Of a DNA stretch of 64,000 nucleotides, positions 29,848-40,295 are shown piece after piece. Made by a program: the position numbers and the translations under genes. The stretch lies in the sequence record SRR31156797_967; one strand, 5' to 3'. The stretch's first letter is position 1, and each line of letters starts with the position of its first letter. The notes beneath the pieces were generated by a model, which had not been told where the DNA came from, did not search any database, and worked only from the letters and a program-made list of their open reading frames with translations.

Positions 29848-32457
29848 ATGGAAGCGAAAAAATATCACACGCTTACAATTAATGAAATAAAAAGTGTATT
29901 AAATACATCTGAAAGCGGACTGTCAAAGGAAGAAGCAGCATCAAGACTTACACGCAACGGAAAAAATGAATTACCTGATGGTGAGAAGAAGACTGTCTTT
30001 GGTATTTTTCTTCAGCAATTTAAAAACGTAATGATTTGGGTTTTGATTGGTGCTGCTACAATCTCTTTGGTGATGGGTGAAGTTCCGGATGCAGTAATTA
30101 TCTTTTTGGTAGTACTTCTAAACTCTGTAATGGGAACAATTCAAGAAGCAAGAGCAGAAGCTGCGTTGGAGAGCCTCAAATCTATGGCTGCACCCAAGTC
30201 TATGGTTGTACGTGATGGTATTGCAACTTTAATTGATTCAAAGGAATTGGTTGTTGGTGATGTTATTATCCTGGAAGCTGGTATGAGCGTAGGTGCAGAT
30301 ATCAGAGTGTTTGAATCTGCTACGTTATCTGCTGTAGAGAGTGCGTTAACAGGTGAATCTGAAGCCGTTGTAAAGGAAACTCAGCCTATTGACGACCAGA
30401 TGGCAGTAGTAGGTGATATGAAGAATATGGCGTTTATGGGAACATCAATTTCCTATGGACGCGGTGCAGGTATTGTAGTAGCAACTGGTCTTGATACTCA
30501 GATGGGCAAGATTGCAGATAAGCTGGCATCTACTGAGCAGGAGGAGACTCCTTTGCAGAAGCAGATAAACAACATAAGCAAAATACTAAGTTATGGTGTT
30601 ATTGCAATTGCTGTTTTGATATTTGCAATTGGTATGATAAATGGCAGAGAAGCCTTTGATATGTTCTTTATTGCTGTATCTCTTGCTGTTGCTGCAATTC
30701 CAGAGGGTCTGGCAACTGTTGTGACCATAGTGTTAGCTCTTGGCATGAAGAGGATGAGCCAGCGTGGTGCTATCATTAGGAAGCTGCCTGCTGTAGAAAC
30801 CCTTGGCTCGACTAGTATTATCTGTTCTGACAAAACTGGAACTCTGACAATGAATCGCATGACTGTGGAAAAGATTTTTACAAATTTTGAATACAATCAA
30901 AACGATAAAAACAGTACAGTTTATCAGGAATTGGTACACTGCATGACAAACTGCAATGATTCTAATCTGGATGAAAACGGTAAGGCTATAGGTGATCCTA
31001 CAGAAACGGCGTTGATGGATTATTCACTTTCGTCAAATTTGTATGATGAAGCTGCACTTCGTTCCAGAACCAGAAGTGATGAAATACCATTTGATAGTGT
31101 CCGCAAAATGATGAGTGTGGTAACAGGCGATAATAATACAATGTACACCAAGGGCGCACCTGATGTCTTGATTGACAGATGCAGCCATGTGCTATGTGCC
31201 AATGGCATTGTACCTATGGACGAAGATAAAAAATCGAGTCTTTTAAAAGCAAATGAAGACATGGGTAATGACGCACTTAGGGTGTTGGCATTTGCAAAGA
31301 AAGACCTAGACACACCAACAATTTCAGACAAAGAAAATGCTGAAAATGATCTTGTTTTTATTGGTTTGTGCGGGGAGATGGATCCTCCTAGACCAGAGGC
31401 TTTTGATGCAGTTGCAAAGTGTAGAGAAGCAGGCATTCGTCCTATTATGATTACAGGTGATCATAAGATTACAGCTTCTGCTATAGCAAATAAGCTGGGC
31501 ATACTTGAATCTGACAAAATTGCAGTTGAAGGTCGAAGTATTGAACAACTGACGGATGAAGAGCTAAAGGATAAGGTCGAAGATGTTTGTGTATATGCAA
31601 GAGTTTCACCTGAGCATAAGGTTCGTATCGTTGATGCATGGCAAAGCCATGACAAGGTGGTTGCAATGACTGGTGATGGTGTAAATGATGCTCCTGCTAT
31701 CAAAAGCGCAGATATCGGTGTAGGCATGGGTATAACAGGCACTGATGTAAGCAAAGCTGCAAGCTCTATGATACTAACTGATGATAATTTTGCCACTATT
31801 GTTAAGGCAGTAGAAGAAGGCAGAAAGATATATATTAATATTAAGAAGGCAGTAAAGTTCTTGCTTTCTTCAAATATTGGTGAAGTAATAGCACTGTTTA
31901 TCGCTACTATGGCAGGTTGGAGCTTGTTCCAGCCGGTTCACATTTTGTGGATTAACCTGGTAACTGATACATTCCCTGCGATTGCACTGGGTTTAGAACC
32001 AGCAGAAGGCGATGTAATGAAGCGAAAGCCTAGAGATTCAAAGGCGCCGTTCTTTACAAGGCATATGTGGCTGGAGATAATATTGCATGGTGCTGTAGAG
32101 GGACTTATTGCATTAGGTGTATATATCTATGGTATTAATACTTTTACACCTGAAATTGCTACTACTATGGCATTTGTTACATTGGGGCTAACTCAATTAT
32201 TCCATGCATTAGGAGGGAGATTTGACATTAAATCATTCTTTAGTGCACCTTTTAGCAATAAAGCGATGATATGGGCATTCTTAGGCTCTGGCTTCCTACA
32301 GATTATGGTAGTAATGATTCCACCATTAAGGAATGCATTTTCACTTAGTGCATTGACATCTATTCAGTGGGCGATAGCAATTGGTTCATCTTTTGCTATG
32401 TTGTTATTTGGTGAAATTGAGAAGATTATAAAAAGAGTAAGACATATTGAAGAATAA
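29848..32457 (+). CDS. Ca2+-type (P2A) P-type ATPase
   Basis: LTGES, IPEGL, CSDKTGTLT, KGAPD, MTGDGVNDAP, WINLVTD. Confidence 0.95.
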   Translation: MEAKKYHTLTINEIKSVLNTSESGLSKEEAASRLTRNGKNELPDGEKKTVFGIFLQQFKNVMIWVLIGAATISLVMGEVPDAVIIFLVVLLNSVMGTIQEARAEAALESLKSMAAPKSMVVRDGIATLIDSKELVVGDVIILEAGMSVGADIRVFESATLSAVESALTGESEAVVKETQPIDDQMAVVGDMKNMAFMGTSISYGRGAGIVVATGLDTQMGKIADKLASTEQEETPLQKQINNISKILSYGVIAIAVLIFAIGMINGREAFDMFFIAVSLAVAAIPEGLATVVTIVLALGMKRMSQRGAIIRKLPAVETLGSTSIICSDKTGTLTMNRMTVEKIFTNFEYNQNDKNSTVYQELVHCMTNCNDSNLDENGKAIGDPTETALMDYSLSSNLYDEAALRSRTRSDEIPFDSVRKMMSVVTGDNNTMYTKGAPDVLIDRCSHVLCANGIVPMDEDKKSSLLKANEDMGNDALRVLAFAKKDLDTPTISDKENAENDLVFIGLCGEMDPPRPEAFDAVAKCREAGIRPIMITGDHKITASAIANKLGILESDKIAVEGRSIEQLTDEELKDKVEDVCVYARVSPEHKVRIVDAWQSHDKVVAMTGDGVNDAPAIKSADIGVGMGITGTDVSKAASSMILTDDNFATIVKAVEEGRKIYINIKKAVKFLLSSNIGEVIALFIATMAGWSLFQPVHILWINLVTDTFPAIALGLEPAEGDVMKRKPRDSKAPFFTRHMWLEIILHGAVEGLIALGVYIYGINTFTPEIATTMAFVTLGLTQLFHALGGRFDIKSFFSAPFSNKAMIWAFLGSGFLQIMVVMIPPLRNAFSLSALTSIQWAIAIGSSFAMLLFGEIEKIIKRVRHIEE

Positions 32458-32477
32458 ATAATGTAAATTGTAATTTC

Positions 32478-32510
32478 AAAGAGGCAGTATCATATGGTAC
32501 TGTCTTTTTT
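32478..32510 (+). terminator. Intrinsic terminator after P-type ATPase
   Basis: AAAGAGGCAGTATC-atat-GGTACTGTCTTTTTT. Confidence 0.8.
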
Positions 32511-32539
32511 GTCGAAAAAATTCAAATAGTATTGACAAC

Positions 32540-32575
32540 TATATCGGTTGACGAAATACCGTTAAACGATATAAT
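32540..32575 (+). promoter_or_regulatory. Promoter and probable PadR operator
   Basis: TATATCG...CGATATA inverted repeat overlapping TTGACG-N16-TATAAT. Confidence 0.55.
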
Positions 32576-32590
32576 ACTGGAGGTTAAATT

Positions 32591-32911
32591 ATGCCTGAAA
32601 GCAGCGAAAGAGGAGCATTGACTGAGGGAGTTTATTACATATTATTATCTTTGTGTACTCCATTACATGGATATGGAATTATGCAAAAAGTGAATCAATT
32701 AAGTAATGGCAGAGTGAATCTGGGTGCAGGAACTCTTTCTGGAGCTATTAATACATTACTTAAAAAGCAATGGATAATACCACATAATGATGAGGGTAAT
32801 TCAAGAAAAAAGGAATATGTTATTACTGAAGAAGGCGAATATGTGCTAAAGCAGGAAATTATCAGGTTGGAAGAATTACTTATTAATGGAAAAGCAATAT
32901 TTGGAGGTTGA
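32591..32911 (+). CDS. PadR-family transcriptional regulator
   Basis: LTE..YYILLSL..PLHGYGIMQ....GAGTL.GA...RKKEY.IT..G. Confidence 0.93.
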   Translation: MPESSERGALTEGVYYILLSLCTPLHGYGIMQKVNQLSNGRVNLGAGTLSGAINTLLKKQWIIPHNDEGNSRKKEYVITEEGEYVLKQEIIRLEELLINGKAIFGG

Positions 32912-33468
32912 CAAATATGAAACGAGTTATTAGAAAGCCATATTGGAACTTTGAAAAAGAGGAAACATGGATAAACGATATGGCGGCTGAAGGTTGGGCG
33001 TTGACTAATTATACTTGGTGTAAATATGAGTTTGAGGAATGTGAAAAAGGAGAGTATATCTATAGAATAGAATTACTGGAGAAAACAGCAGAAAATCCTG
33101 AAAGCAAGAAGTACATTGAGTTCTTGGAGGATACGGGGATTGAACATATAGCTTCATATATGCGATGGATTTATATTAGGAAAAGATCAAGTGAAGGTGA
33201 ATTCGGGCTATTCTCTGATACAGCATCAAAATTGAAACATTACAGGCGTGTGAATAGCTTTTGGCTTACTATTGGTATTGCAAATTTTACAATCGGTTTG
33301 AATAATATCAATATCGGGCTAATAGACAGGGAGGAATTAGGCATTATAAAATTGAATCTAATTGCTGGTATCTGTTGTACTTTAATAGGAATACTGCTGT
33401 TTTTTGTAAGTAGCCATATTAGAAAGCGAATCAGAGAATTAAAACGGATTCAGACTTTGGAAGAATAG
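32908..33468 (+). CDS. DUF2812 membrane protein
   Basis: EKEE.WIN.MA..GW.L...Y.F..CE.GEYIYRIELL, two C-terminal TMs; usual PadR partner. Confidence 0.88.
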   Translation: MTNMKRVIRKPYWNFEKEETWINDMAAEGWALTNYTWCKYEFEECEKGEYIYRIELLEKTAENPESKKYIEFLEDTGIEHIASYMRWIYIRKRSSEGEFGLFSDTASKLKHYRRVNSFWLTIGIANFTIGLNNINIGLIDREELGIIKLNLIAGICCTLIGILLFFVSSHIRKRIRELKRIQTLEE

Positions 33469-33481
33469 AATAGTATTAGTA

Positions 33482-33540
33482 TTGACAAATTATGTATACT
33501 ACATTATAATTAACATTGTTAGAAAAGCTAACAATGTTAA
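33482..33540 (+). promoter_or_regulatory. Consensus SigA promoter and TetR operator
   Basis: TTGACA-N17-TATAAT then perfect 13-bp inverted repeat TTAACATTGTTAG-aaaag-CTAACAATGTTAA (33510-33540). Confidence 0.85.
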
Positions 33541-33568
33541 ATTAATGAACATACGTTAAGGAAACTTC

Positions 33569-34159
33569 ATGAACACTGATAATAGAAAGAACTTAAAGAC
33601 AGACAGAATCAAATCCTTTTTTCTAGAAGCTGCCAAGGAGATAATTCTAGAAGAAGGTGCAGAGAATGTAACAGTTAGGAAAATAGCAGATTTATCTGGA
33701 TATTCCTATGGCACTATATATCATTATTTTAAAGACTTGAATGATTTGATGTTTGAAGTAAAAAACTTAATCATCCAAGAGATGATAGTGTCAATGGATC
33801 AGAATTACTCAGATATGGAATACTCAGAACAAGAAATCAAAATACAAATACGTATGTTTATTGATTATTTTGTTAAGAATCCTAACATATATGGATTTCT
33901 GTATAAATACCAGCTAAAGAATACAACTGTTACTGCATTTGATGAAATTGAACTAGGTGAAGCATATTGGGATACTTTTGAAGGTTTGGTAGAAAAGAAG
34001 AAAGTACGTAAAGAAGATGTACCAGTAATAGCAAAGACTATGATTTATGGTATGTACGGACTACTAGCATTGTATTTCTCTTCAAATGGACTAACTGAGG
34101 AAAAATTGTATAAGGAATTCGACGAAATGATGGACTATATATTGAGAGGTAAATTATGA
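33569..34159 (+). CDS. TetR/AcrR-family regulator
   Basis: AAKEIILEEG..NVTVRKIA..SGYS.GTIY.YFKD HTH. Confidence 0.95.
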   Translation: MNTDNRKNLKTDRIKSFFLEAAKEIILEEGAENVTVRKIADLSGYSYGTIYHYFKDLNDLMFEVKNLIIQEMIVSMDQNYSDMEYSEQEIKIQIRMFIDYFVKNPNIYGFLYKYQLKNTTVTAFDEIELGEAYWDTFEGLVEKKKVRKEDVPVIAKTMIYGMYGLLALYFSSNGLTEEKLYKEFDEMMDYILRGKL

Positions 34160-34620
34160 AAACTGGAATTATTGTATATTCGATTACAGGAAATACGCTT
34201 AAAGTTGCTCAAAGGCTGAAAAAAGCGTTGGAGAATAAGGGGCAAGAAGTAGTATTAGAGAAAATAACAGCAGTCAATGATCAGCCAAATTCAAAAGGTA
34301 GGCTAGAACTAACAAATACACCTATTGTAAAGGATTATGATAATGTTATTATGGCAAGTCATGTACAGGCGTTTTCACTCTGCCCTGGTATGAAGTTATA
34401 TTTATCACAAATAGAAGGAATTGATGGTAAAGATGTTAAATGCCTATTAACACAGCATTTTCCTTTTTCATGGCTTGGCGGCAATAGAGCAATAAAACAG
34501 ATGACTGATATTATGCAAGAGAAAGGTGCTCAGATTAAAAAATCAGCTATTGTCCATTGGTCGTCAAAGCAAAGAGAAAATGAAATTGAAAAAGCTGTAA
34601 AAGATTTAGCAGAAATATAA
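34156..34620 (+). CDS. Flavodoxin-like protein
   Basis: IIVYSITGNTLKVA FMN phosphate loop; ATGA overlap with tetR. Confidence 0.85.
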   Translation: MKTGIIVYSITGNTLKVAQRLKKALENKGQEVVLEKITAVNDQPNSKGRLELTNTPIVKDYDNVIMASHVQAFSLCPGMKLYLSQIEGIDGKDVKCLLTQHFPFSWLGGNRAIKQMTDIMQEKGAQIKKSAIVHWSSKQRENEIEKAVKDLAEI

Positions 34621-34631
34621 ATGGAGACAAT

Positions 34632-35015
34632 ATGAAGTTTTTGAAAGTTTTAATTATAGTTTTTATAGCGATAATCGTACTTGCTATAATGCTTACAATT
34701 ATTGGTACAATAGGATTAAAGGAAGTTAAAAACCTGGAAGTTGAGCATATTGATTTAAATCTAGTTGAAGATAGTGTTTACGAGGGGAGTTATGATAATT
34801 TCAGATGGAGCAATGATGTAATAGTAACTATCAAAGACCACGAAATAGTGGAAATTGAATCAGTAAATAGAGATGAAACAGATTCTCAATATGAAGTATA
34901 TATGGAAATAATCGATGCTATCATTAATCAGCAAAGAAATGATATCGATACAGTTTCAAGTGCAACAGCTACTACTAATTCGTTCCTAAAAGCTGTCGAA
35001 GATGCGCTTAATTAA
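34632..35015 (+). CDS. Membrane-anchored FMN-binding (flavinylated) domain protein
   Basis: N-terminal TM, D.VYEG.Y, V.VTIKD..I..I, DTVSSAT motif. Confidence 0.88.
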   Translation: MKFLKVLIIVFIAIIVLAIMLTIIGTIGLKEVKNLEVEHIDLNLVEDSVYEGSYDNFRWSNDVIVTIKDHEIVEIESVNRDETDSQYEVYMEIIDAIINQQRNDIDTVSSATATTNSFLKAVEDALN

Positions 35016-35098
35016 GAGGAATATGTAGAATAGTATTATAGCCTGCTGATATGCATAAATGCTTACAGTGGGCTTTAAATTGCTTTTTTGTTGGATTG

Positions 35099-36505
35099 TT
35101 AATCGGAAACACAATAGATATTTCTATTATATATTCCAAAAAGCACACCGCCCAATTTCTCTGTCAATAATAGATAATCAACAATATCTTTTGAAATTCT
35201 TTCTCCTGGAAGAATAAGAGCTACTCCCGGAGGATAGATACCAATCGGCATGGCGGATATTTTGCCAGCAGAGACGGCAATAGGTACTTGTTCAAGTGAA
35301 CTATTTAGTACATTAGATTTTAGGTAGAATACTTTATTTTTTTTAGGAGTTTTTGGTATGTACTTAATTGGATTCTTAGACTGGGATATATTTTTTAATG
35401 CTTCGCATAGTATATCGTACCATTCTTGCTTATCCCATGGTGTTAGAATAGCTATAACATATTTAAAGGTAGCCATCTCCATAAAAATGTTATAATTATC
35501 TTCCAGTTCCTTAGCTATGTAAATGCCGCTGCCTATCTGACTAACATCTATAACAAGTCTTGTGGTATCTTTGTTTGAATAACCTGTTGCTTTAACAAAT
35601 TCCAAGCCAATAACGCTTATATTCTTAATTGAATTTATTTTATTTTCCAGTTCTTTTGCACGATAATATGTATTGTCCCATGTATCAGTGTTATTAACAA
35701 GATAGCTCCTTGCATTATCTAGTGATTCTACTAGCAGGGAATTTGGGCTGGAAGTCTGAAGACTCTGAAGAACGTATTCTAGAATGTCAGGATTAACTTT
35801 ACTGCTGATGTGAAGATAAGCTCCCTGAGTGTAAGCTGAGAGAGTTTTATGAGGACTATGAACACACATATCAGCTTTAGTCAATAAACTAGTAGGAAGC
35901 AAATTACTTGCGCTTAGATGGCTTCCATGAGCTTCATCTATCAGCAGCATGATATTGTTATCATTACAAACTTTTTTAATTGAATCCAAACTGATTACTC
36001 TGCCGAAATAGTCAACTGATGTTAATAATACTGCACCTATTTCGTTAATGTGTTTGCTTATTGTATCAATATAAGCTTTTTCATTAAATCTAAAGACCTG
36101 AAGCTGGTCATCAAATTTGTCTTCTACGATAATTGCATCAATACCAAAAGCCATGCATGAATTAATTACTGTTTTGTGAGAATTTCTACCGAATAGGATT
36201 TTCTTTTTACCCATAATGGATGCATACTTTATTATAGTTTGTATGCCTAATGTTGCACCATTGACCAAGAAATAAGATTTGAAAGAATTATAGTATTTGG
36301 AGAGTTCTTGCTGTGCTTCCAGTATATATGATGACGGTGAATTCAGATTATCTGTTACTGAAATCTCAGTTATATCATTTTTATTCAATGTTCCCTTATG
36401 TCCGGGCATATGAAAGCGTGCAGGATTTTTATAGCTGTAATCTTCCAGCATTTTTGATATGTTGCTTTTAACCATTTTCAGATCACTTAAGGATTTTGTC
36501 CTCAT
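35099..36505 (-). CDS. Orn/Lys/Arg decarboxylase family PLP enzyme
   Basis: FHMPGHKG, FLVNGAT.G, DEAHG, S.HKT PLP lysine, YPPGV...PGE; start uncertain. Confidence 0.9.
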   Translation of the reverse strand: MRTKSLSDLKMVKSNISKMLEDYSYKNPARFHMPGHKGTLNKNDITEISVTDNLNSPSSYILEAQQELSKYYNSFKSYFLVNGATLGIQTIIKYASIMGKKKILFGRNSHKTVINSCMAFGIDAIIVEDKFDDQLQVFRFNEKAYIDTISKHINEIGAVLLTSVDYFGRVISLDSIKKVCNDNNIMLLIDEAHGSHLSASNLLPTSLLTKADMCVHSPHKTLSAYTQGAYLHISSKVNPDILEYVLQSLQTSSPNSLLVESLDNARSYLVNNTDTWDNTYYRAKELENKINSIKNISVIGLEFVKATGYSNKDTTRLVIDVSQIGSGIYIAKELEDNYNIFMEMATFKYVIAILTPWDKQEWYDILCEALKNISQSKNPIKYIPKTPKKNKVFYLKSNVLNSSLEQVPIAVSAGKISAMPIGIYPPGVALILPGERISKDIVDYLLLTEKLGGVLFGIYNRNIYCVSD

Positions 36506-36998
36506 CTACTTCCTTATAATGCCTTGTTTTAATTGCTGTATTTAATTGCTTTATTAATTCTGCGCTGGGACTTAGTGAGAGAACATGTTCTACGCCGTCT
36601 TTATTATAAATAATTGCATATGTACCCGTTTTGTTTACGTCACACTTTGTAATGACAGTATTCTCGTTCCATTTTGCCTTTGCTATTTTGCCGAAATACT
36701 CGATTTCCCAAGTTTTTACAGAAGCAACAGGCTCAATTTTCTTTCCAAGTATTTTTTCTACTATTAATTCATCGTCAAAAAAAGAATATCTATATTCGGT
36801 TAAATATCTTTTTATGATTATGTATGCTACTACTATTAGCAGAGCATAGATTATTAGTTCTAAATTGTTAATATTAAATCTGTTGTGAATATAGCCAGTA
36901 ATAGTAGAAAGGATAAACACAACCACAGAAACGGCTATAACGATGTAAAAGCCCTTTTTACCGCTCATATCTTTATTGGTAGCCTTTTCTCTTATCAT
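36483..36998 (-). CDS. Hypothetical membrane protein (2 TM + soluble domain)
   Basis: AAGGAG RBS; two TMs followed by EYRYS..DELIVEKI.G. Confidence 0.75.
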   Translation of the reverse strand: MIREKATNKDMSGKKGFYIVIAVSVVVFILSTITGYIHNRFNINNLELIIYALLIVVAYIIIKRYLTEYRYSFFDDELIVEKILGKKIEPVASVKTWEIEYFGKIAKAKWNENTVITKCDVNKTGTYAIIYNKDGVEHVLSLSPSAELIKQLNTAIKTRHYKEVDEDKILK

Positions 36999-37162
36999 AT
37001 TCTCTCCTTGTATAATATGCCTAGCTAGAAATCAACTGATTTTCACATAACTGCAAATGTATGCTAAGTTTTCGAATTTCTTAGAGATTAAATAACTAGC
37101 TATATAATCACTATGTAGTTCATCCTCTAGCTTCAGCTTCGCTTTTATTTTATAAAAGATTT

Positions 37163-37822
37163 TTATTCCTCGCTTGTTTCCAGTGTTTCAACAACGTATT
37201 GGTTTTGCTCTAATATATAATTCATGCATTTAACAGAATTTTCAATGTTTTTACTATAATAATAAATGCCCATACAGGAATCAGTAGGATTTATACCCAT
37301 TTCATAGAATCCAGTAACACTGTCTATAGGAAGCAGATAAATATGCTCCTGTCCATCATCATCTGTGTATGAATAATTTGACCAGTCAATGTCAGGATTT
37401 GCTTTCTCAAAAGCTTCTATATCGATTAAATCTTCCAAGGCTACAAATGCCATATTCCTCATAAAAGATGAAATATAATCCTGATGCATGATTAGTATAT
37501 CTCCCTCACCTGCAGCAGTTCGTGCTATTACAGCTTCCAGCATGGAATCATTCATTTCAAGATTGGTTAATAGATTTACCTGTCTTTGGTTAGACGGCAT
37601 AATACTAAGCATATTATTTTCCCATTCTTCAACTAATGATTCATTGCCTAATCCGCAGTACATGCAGATATCCACCTTGTTTTCTGCAGGAATATCAGGC
37701 TCTGTCATGGTATATATTAGAGAAACAAATATTATTGCTCCAGCTATAGCGGCAATATATATTAATTTTGAGTAATTGAAATGATTTTTTATTATTTCTT
37801 TATTTAATTTAGAATTTATCAT
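37163..37822 (-). CDS. Membrane-anchored extracytoplasmic protein, solute-binding-protein-like
   Basis: One N-terminal TM, acidic domain with A..AAGEGDILI..; TAGGAT RBS. Confidence 0.7.
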   Translation of the reverse strand: MINSKLNKEIIKNHFNYSKLIYIAAIAGAIIFVSLIYTMTEPDIPAENKVDICMYCGLGNESLVEEWENNMLSIMPSNQRQVNLLTNLEMNDSMLEAVIARTAAGEGDILIMHQDYISSFMRNMAFVALEDLIDIEAFEKANPDIDWSNYSYTDDDGQEHIYLLPIDSVTGFYEMGINPTDSCMGIYYYSKNIENSVKCMNYILEQNQYVVETLETSEE

Positions 37823-37865
37823 ATGCTATCCTAATGGTTATTTTTGTTTTAACTATACTATTATA

Positions 37866-37898
37866 TAAAAAAAAAGAGCCTTTGTAAACAACAAGGCT
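37866..37898 (-). terminator. Terminator of 6S RNA
   Basis: Minus strand AGCCTTGT-tgttt-ACAAAGGCT followed by CT9. Confidence 0.8.
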
Positions 37899-37906
37899 GT
37901 AATATT

Positions 37907-38083
37907 CAATCCGCGATGCCGTCAGACATCCTATTAGGAACCCGCAAATAAAGCAGGGGGGTGATCTGTCACTTGCTTTTGCCTTCCCTTTCAAATGAGG
38001 GCTTGACAGCGGTAAATGAACCCGATCTCCCAATTTAATACTGTGGTTTTTAATAAAAAGCCCATCGCACATCGCAGAAATTG
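37907..38083 (-). ncRNA. ssrS: 6S RNA (SsrS)
   Basis: Minus strand closes CTGCGATG...GACGGCATCGCGG; internal TTGGGAG and CCCCCTGC-tttattt-GCGGGTTC elements of Firmicute 6S; own promoter and terminator; ~180 nt. Confidence 0.85.
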
Positions 38084-38105
38084 TCTTTTATTAAATTGTA
38101 TCTAC

Positions 38106-38134
38106 ATTATACTCGTTTAAACCTACGTTAACAA
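38106..38134 (-). promoter_or_regulatory. SigA promoter of 6S RNA
   Basis: TTGTTA-N17-TATAAT on minus strand. Confidence 0.7.
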
Positions 38135-38200
38135 GTGGAAATAATAAACTTTTTGATAAATAATAATATTATGTACATATTAGCATGCAATATTCTGTAT

Positions 38201-40069
38201 TTAATCAATTGAAGTTAATAAATATTCACCATTAAGGTCAACTTTGTATAATTTTACTTCATCAGATAATTCATTAAACAATGCACCATAAGTGTTGATA
38301 AAGAATTCATCCGTACAGGAGTTTATCAGATAATCATATTCGCCGTCAACAAGAATTTGTGAAAATTCATCAATCGACAAGAAATTATCAATAGTAAGAT
38401 TATAATTTTTATCATTTGTATTAGCCATTAATTCAAAGTGATATAAATATGGTGTAATGCCCTCCTCATAGCCTTGAGCAACAACAAAAACTTTTTCATC
38501 TTCATTGAATCTGCCTTTGTATTTAGATAGCATGTCATGCAGAGAATGCCTTGTACCGATATAGCTGTGTACTCTGGTTTCATATAGCTCTAATCGAGTT
38601 ATAGTAGTAGTTGATATATTTACAAATACCATAACTGTCAGCAAGAATATAAGGATTTTTCTTATAATATTTGACTCTGTTTTGTTAGCTATAGAAATAA
38701 TAACATTCACTGTAGTAAACAAAGTCAGAATCGATATGGAACTCATATACCGAGACATACTGGCGAATACATCAGCTTCTGGCTCACCAAATCTATTAAG
38801 ATACGCATACATGAGCCCTATAATGAATGCTGCAAATATAAATGTAATAGTTATTCCATAGGTAATTATCTGCTTTTTTACTCTATTCTCATTCTTATAT
38901 TCCATCATGAAGTATACAATAGCTAGCATAGTAATCTGAATTAGATATATATAGGGAACCGTTGATATGAACTTAAAAGCACCTAAATAACTACCTACTG
39001 AGGTATATGATAAGTTATCAAAGAATGAAATGGCATATATATATGTTTCTTCGAAGTTTTTGTGATTGCCATGTGTTTTCAGATGATAAATATTTGGTGT
39101 ATCAATGCTTGACAGATATATATTCCATGCGAAAATCGACAGAGCTATTACTGCAAAGAGAATAATTACAGAAAGGATACCACTATTCTTTTTAATAAAA
39201 TCTTTTATGTTTACTGCTTTTAGCTTTACTCCATGTAACACTATCTGGTCAGCTAATATCAACAGAACAACGAATATCGCAAAAGTAGGAGAACTCTCTC
39301 TAACTAACGGTATTGCGAAGATAATAGGTGATAGTTTCAGTATATCTTTTTGCTTTTTATTTGAATGAAGATAACATACGTATGCTGAACCTGCAAGTAA
39401 AGCCATAAGAGTGTCCGTATATAGATTGAAAAAGTCAAATACACAGTATTTTATTAGAATTGTAAATCCTAGAAGGAAGAATATAATAGATTTGAATGAT
39501 TTCTTTCCCTCAGCATTGATACAGGATGCAACAATAGCAGATATCAGAAACATTGTTTGTGCATAGTACATCATTCCTTCCTGATATTTCAAAAATCTAG
39601 CGAAATAGTATTCTATAATAGAAGCAATAGGCGGTAGTGTATAGAAGGGAACAACATTAGAATCAGGTGGTAGTTTATCATACATTAACAGATAACTAGG
39701 ATGAAGTGCCCAGTGGCTGAATTCATCATGAGAATAACATAGTACGCCTCTGCAAATCCAGAAAAATACTAAAGAAAGTACAAAGAAGATTATTATTCCG
39801 GGATCAATCATACTTAGGATAAATTCTTTGAACTTGTGTTTTATTATACATGCAATAACAGTATAAATAAGAAGCACTATTCCTATTGTATAGAGTGCGT
39901 ACGTAAAGGGCAGCAATAGCCGCAGCATCGCACCTATTGTGGCAGCTATTCCTATTGCACATAGAGTATACAGAGGTGCTGCTGAAGGCTTACAGAGCTT
40001 AATATGAATAAAAAAAGCACAGTAGCCGAACAAGCTAACCAACAGAATAGCAAAGTTTAATATTTCCAT
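38201..40069 (-). CDS. Polytopic membrane protein, probable GT-C-fold glycosyltransferase
   Basis: About 13 TMs; HDEFSHW motif in an extracytoplasmic loop, then PP, LYTD, SRY. Confidence 0.65.
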   Translation of the reverse strand: MEILNFAILLVSLFGYCAFFIHIKLCKPSAAPLYTLCAIGIAATIGAMLRLLLPFTYALYTIGIVLLIYTVIACIIKHKFKEFILSMIDPGIIIFFVLSLVFFWICRGVLCYSHDEFSHWALHPSYLLMYDKLPPDSNVVPFYTLPPIASIIEYYFARFLKYQEGMMYYAQTMFLISAIVASCINAEGKKSFKSIIFFLLGFTILIKYCVFDFFNLYTDTLMALLAGSAYVCYLHSNKKQKDILKLSPIIFAIPLVRESSPTFAIFVVLLILADQIVLHGVKLKAVNIKDFIKKNSGILSVIILFAVIALSIFAWNIYLSSIDTPNIYHLKTHGNHKNFEETYIYAISFFDNLSYTSVGSYLGAFKFISTVPYIYLIQITMLAIVYFMMEYKNENRVKKQIITYGITITFIFAAFIIGLMYAYLNRFGEPEADVFASMSRYMSSISILTLFTTVNVIISIANKTESNIIRKILIFLLTVMVFVNISTTTITRLELYETRVHSYIGTRHSLHDMLSKYKGRFNEDEKVFVVAQGYEEGITPYLYHFELMANTNDKNYNLTIDNFLSIDEFSQILVDGEYDYLINSCTDEFFINTYGALFNELSDEVKLYKVDLNGEYLLTSID

Positions 40070-40295
40070 TAATACTGATATCCTTTCATAAATGGTAAAA
40101 TGAATTTATTAGTACAAATTTACATAATTATATACATTATAACGATTATATGCAAGAATATAAATATTGTCTTTTGAAATATTAACCAATTGCTGTAATT
40201 TTATGAATGATATACATTTAAATTATTGAAGTTGCGCATAATAATTCTGTTAAAATAGTGTGCAGAATTTATTATAATAATTGATAAAAAATATG

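Noticed and set aside
32510-32516. Spo0A box TGTCGAA upstream of padR
   Set aside because: Single 7-mer overlapping a terminator T tract; expected by chance
37809-38072. 87-aa ORF on minus strand
   Set aside because: Lies within the 6S RNA and crosses its terminator; no RBS
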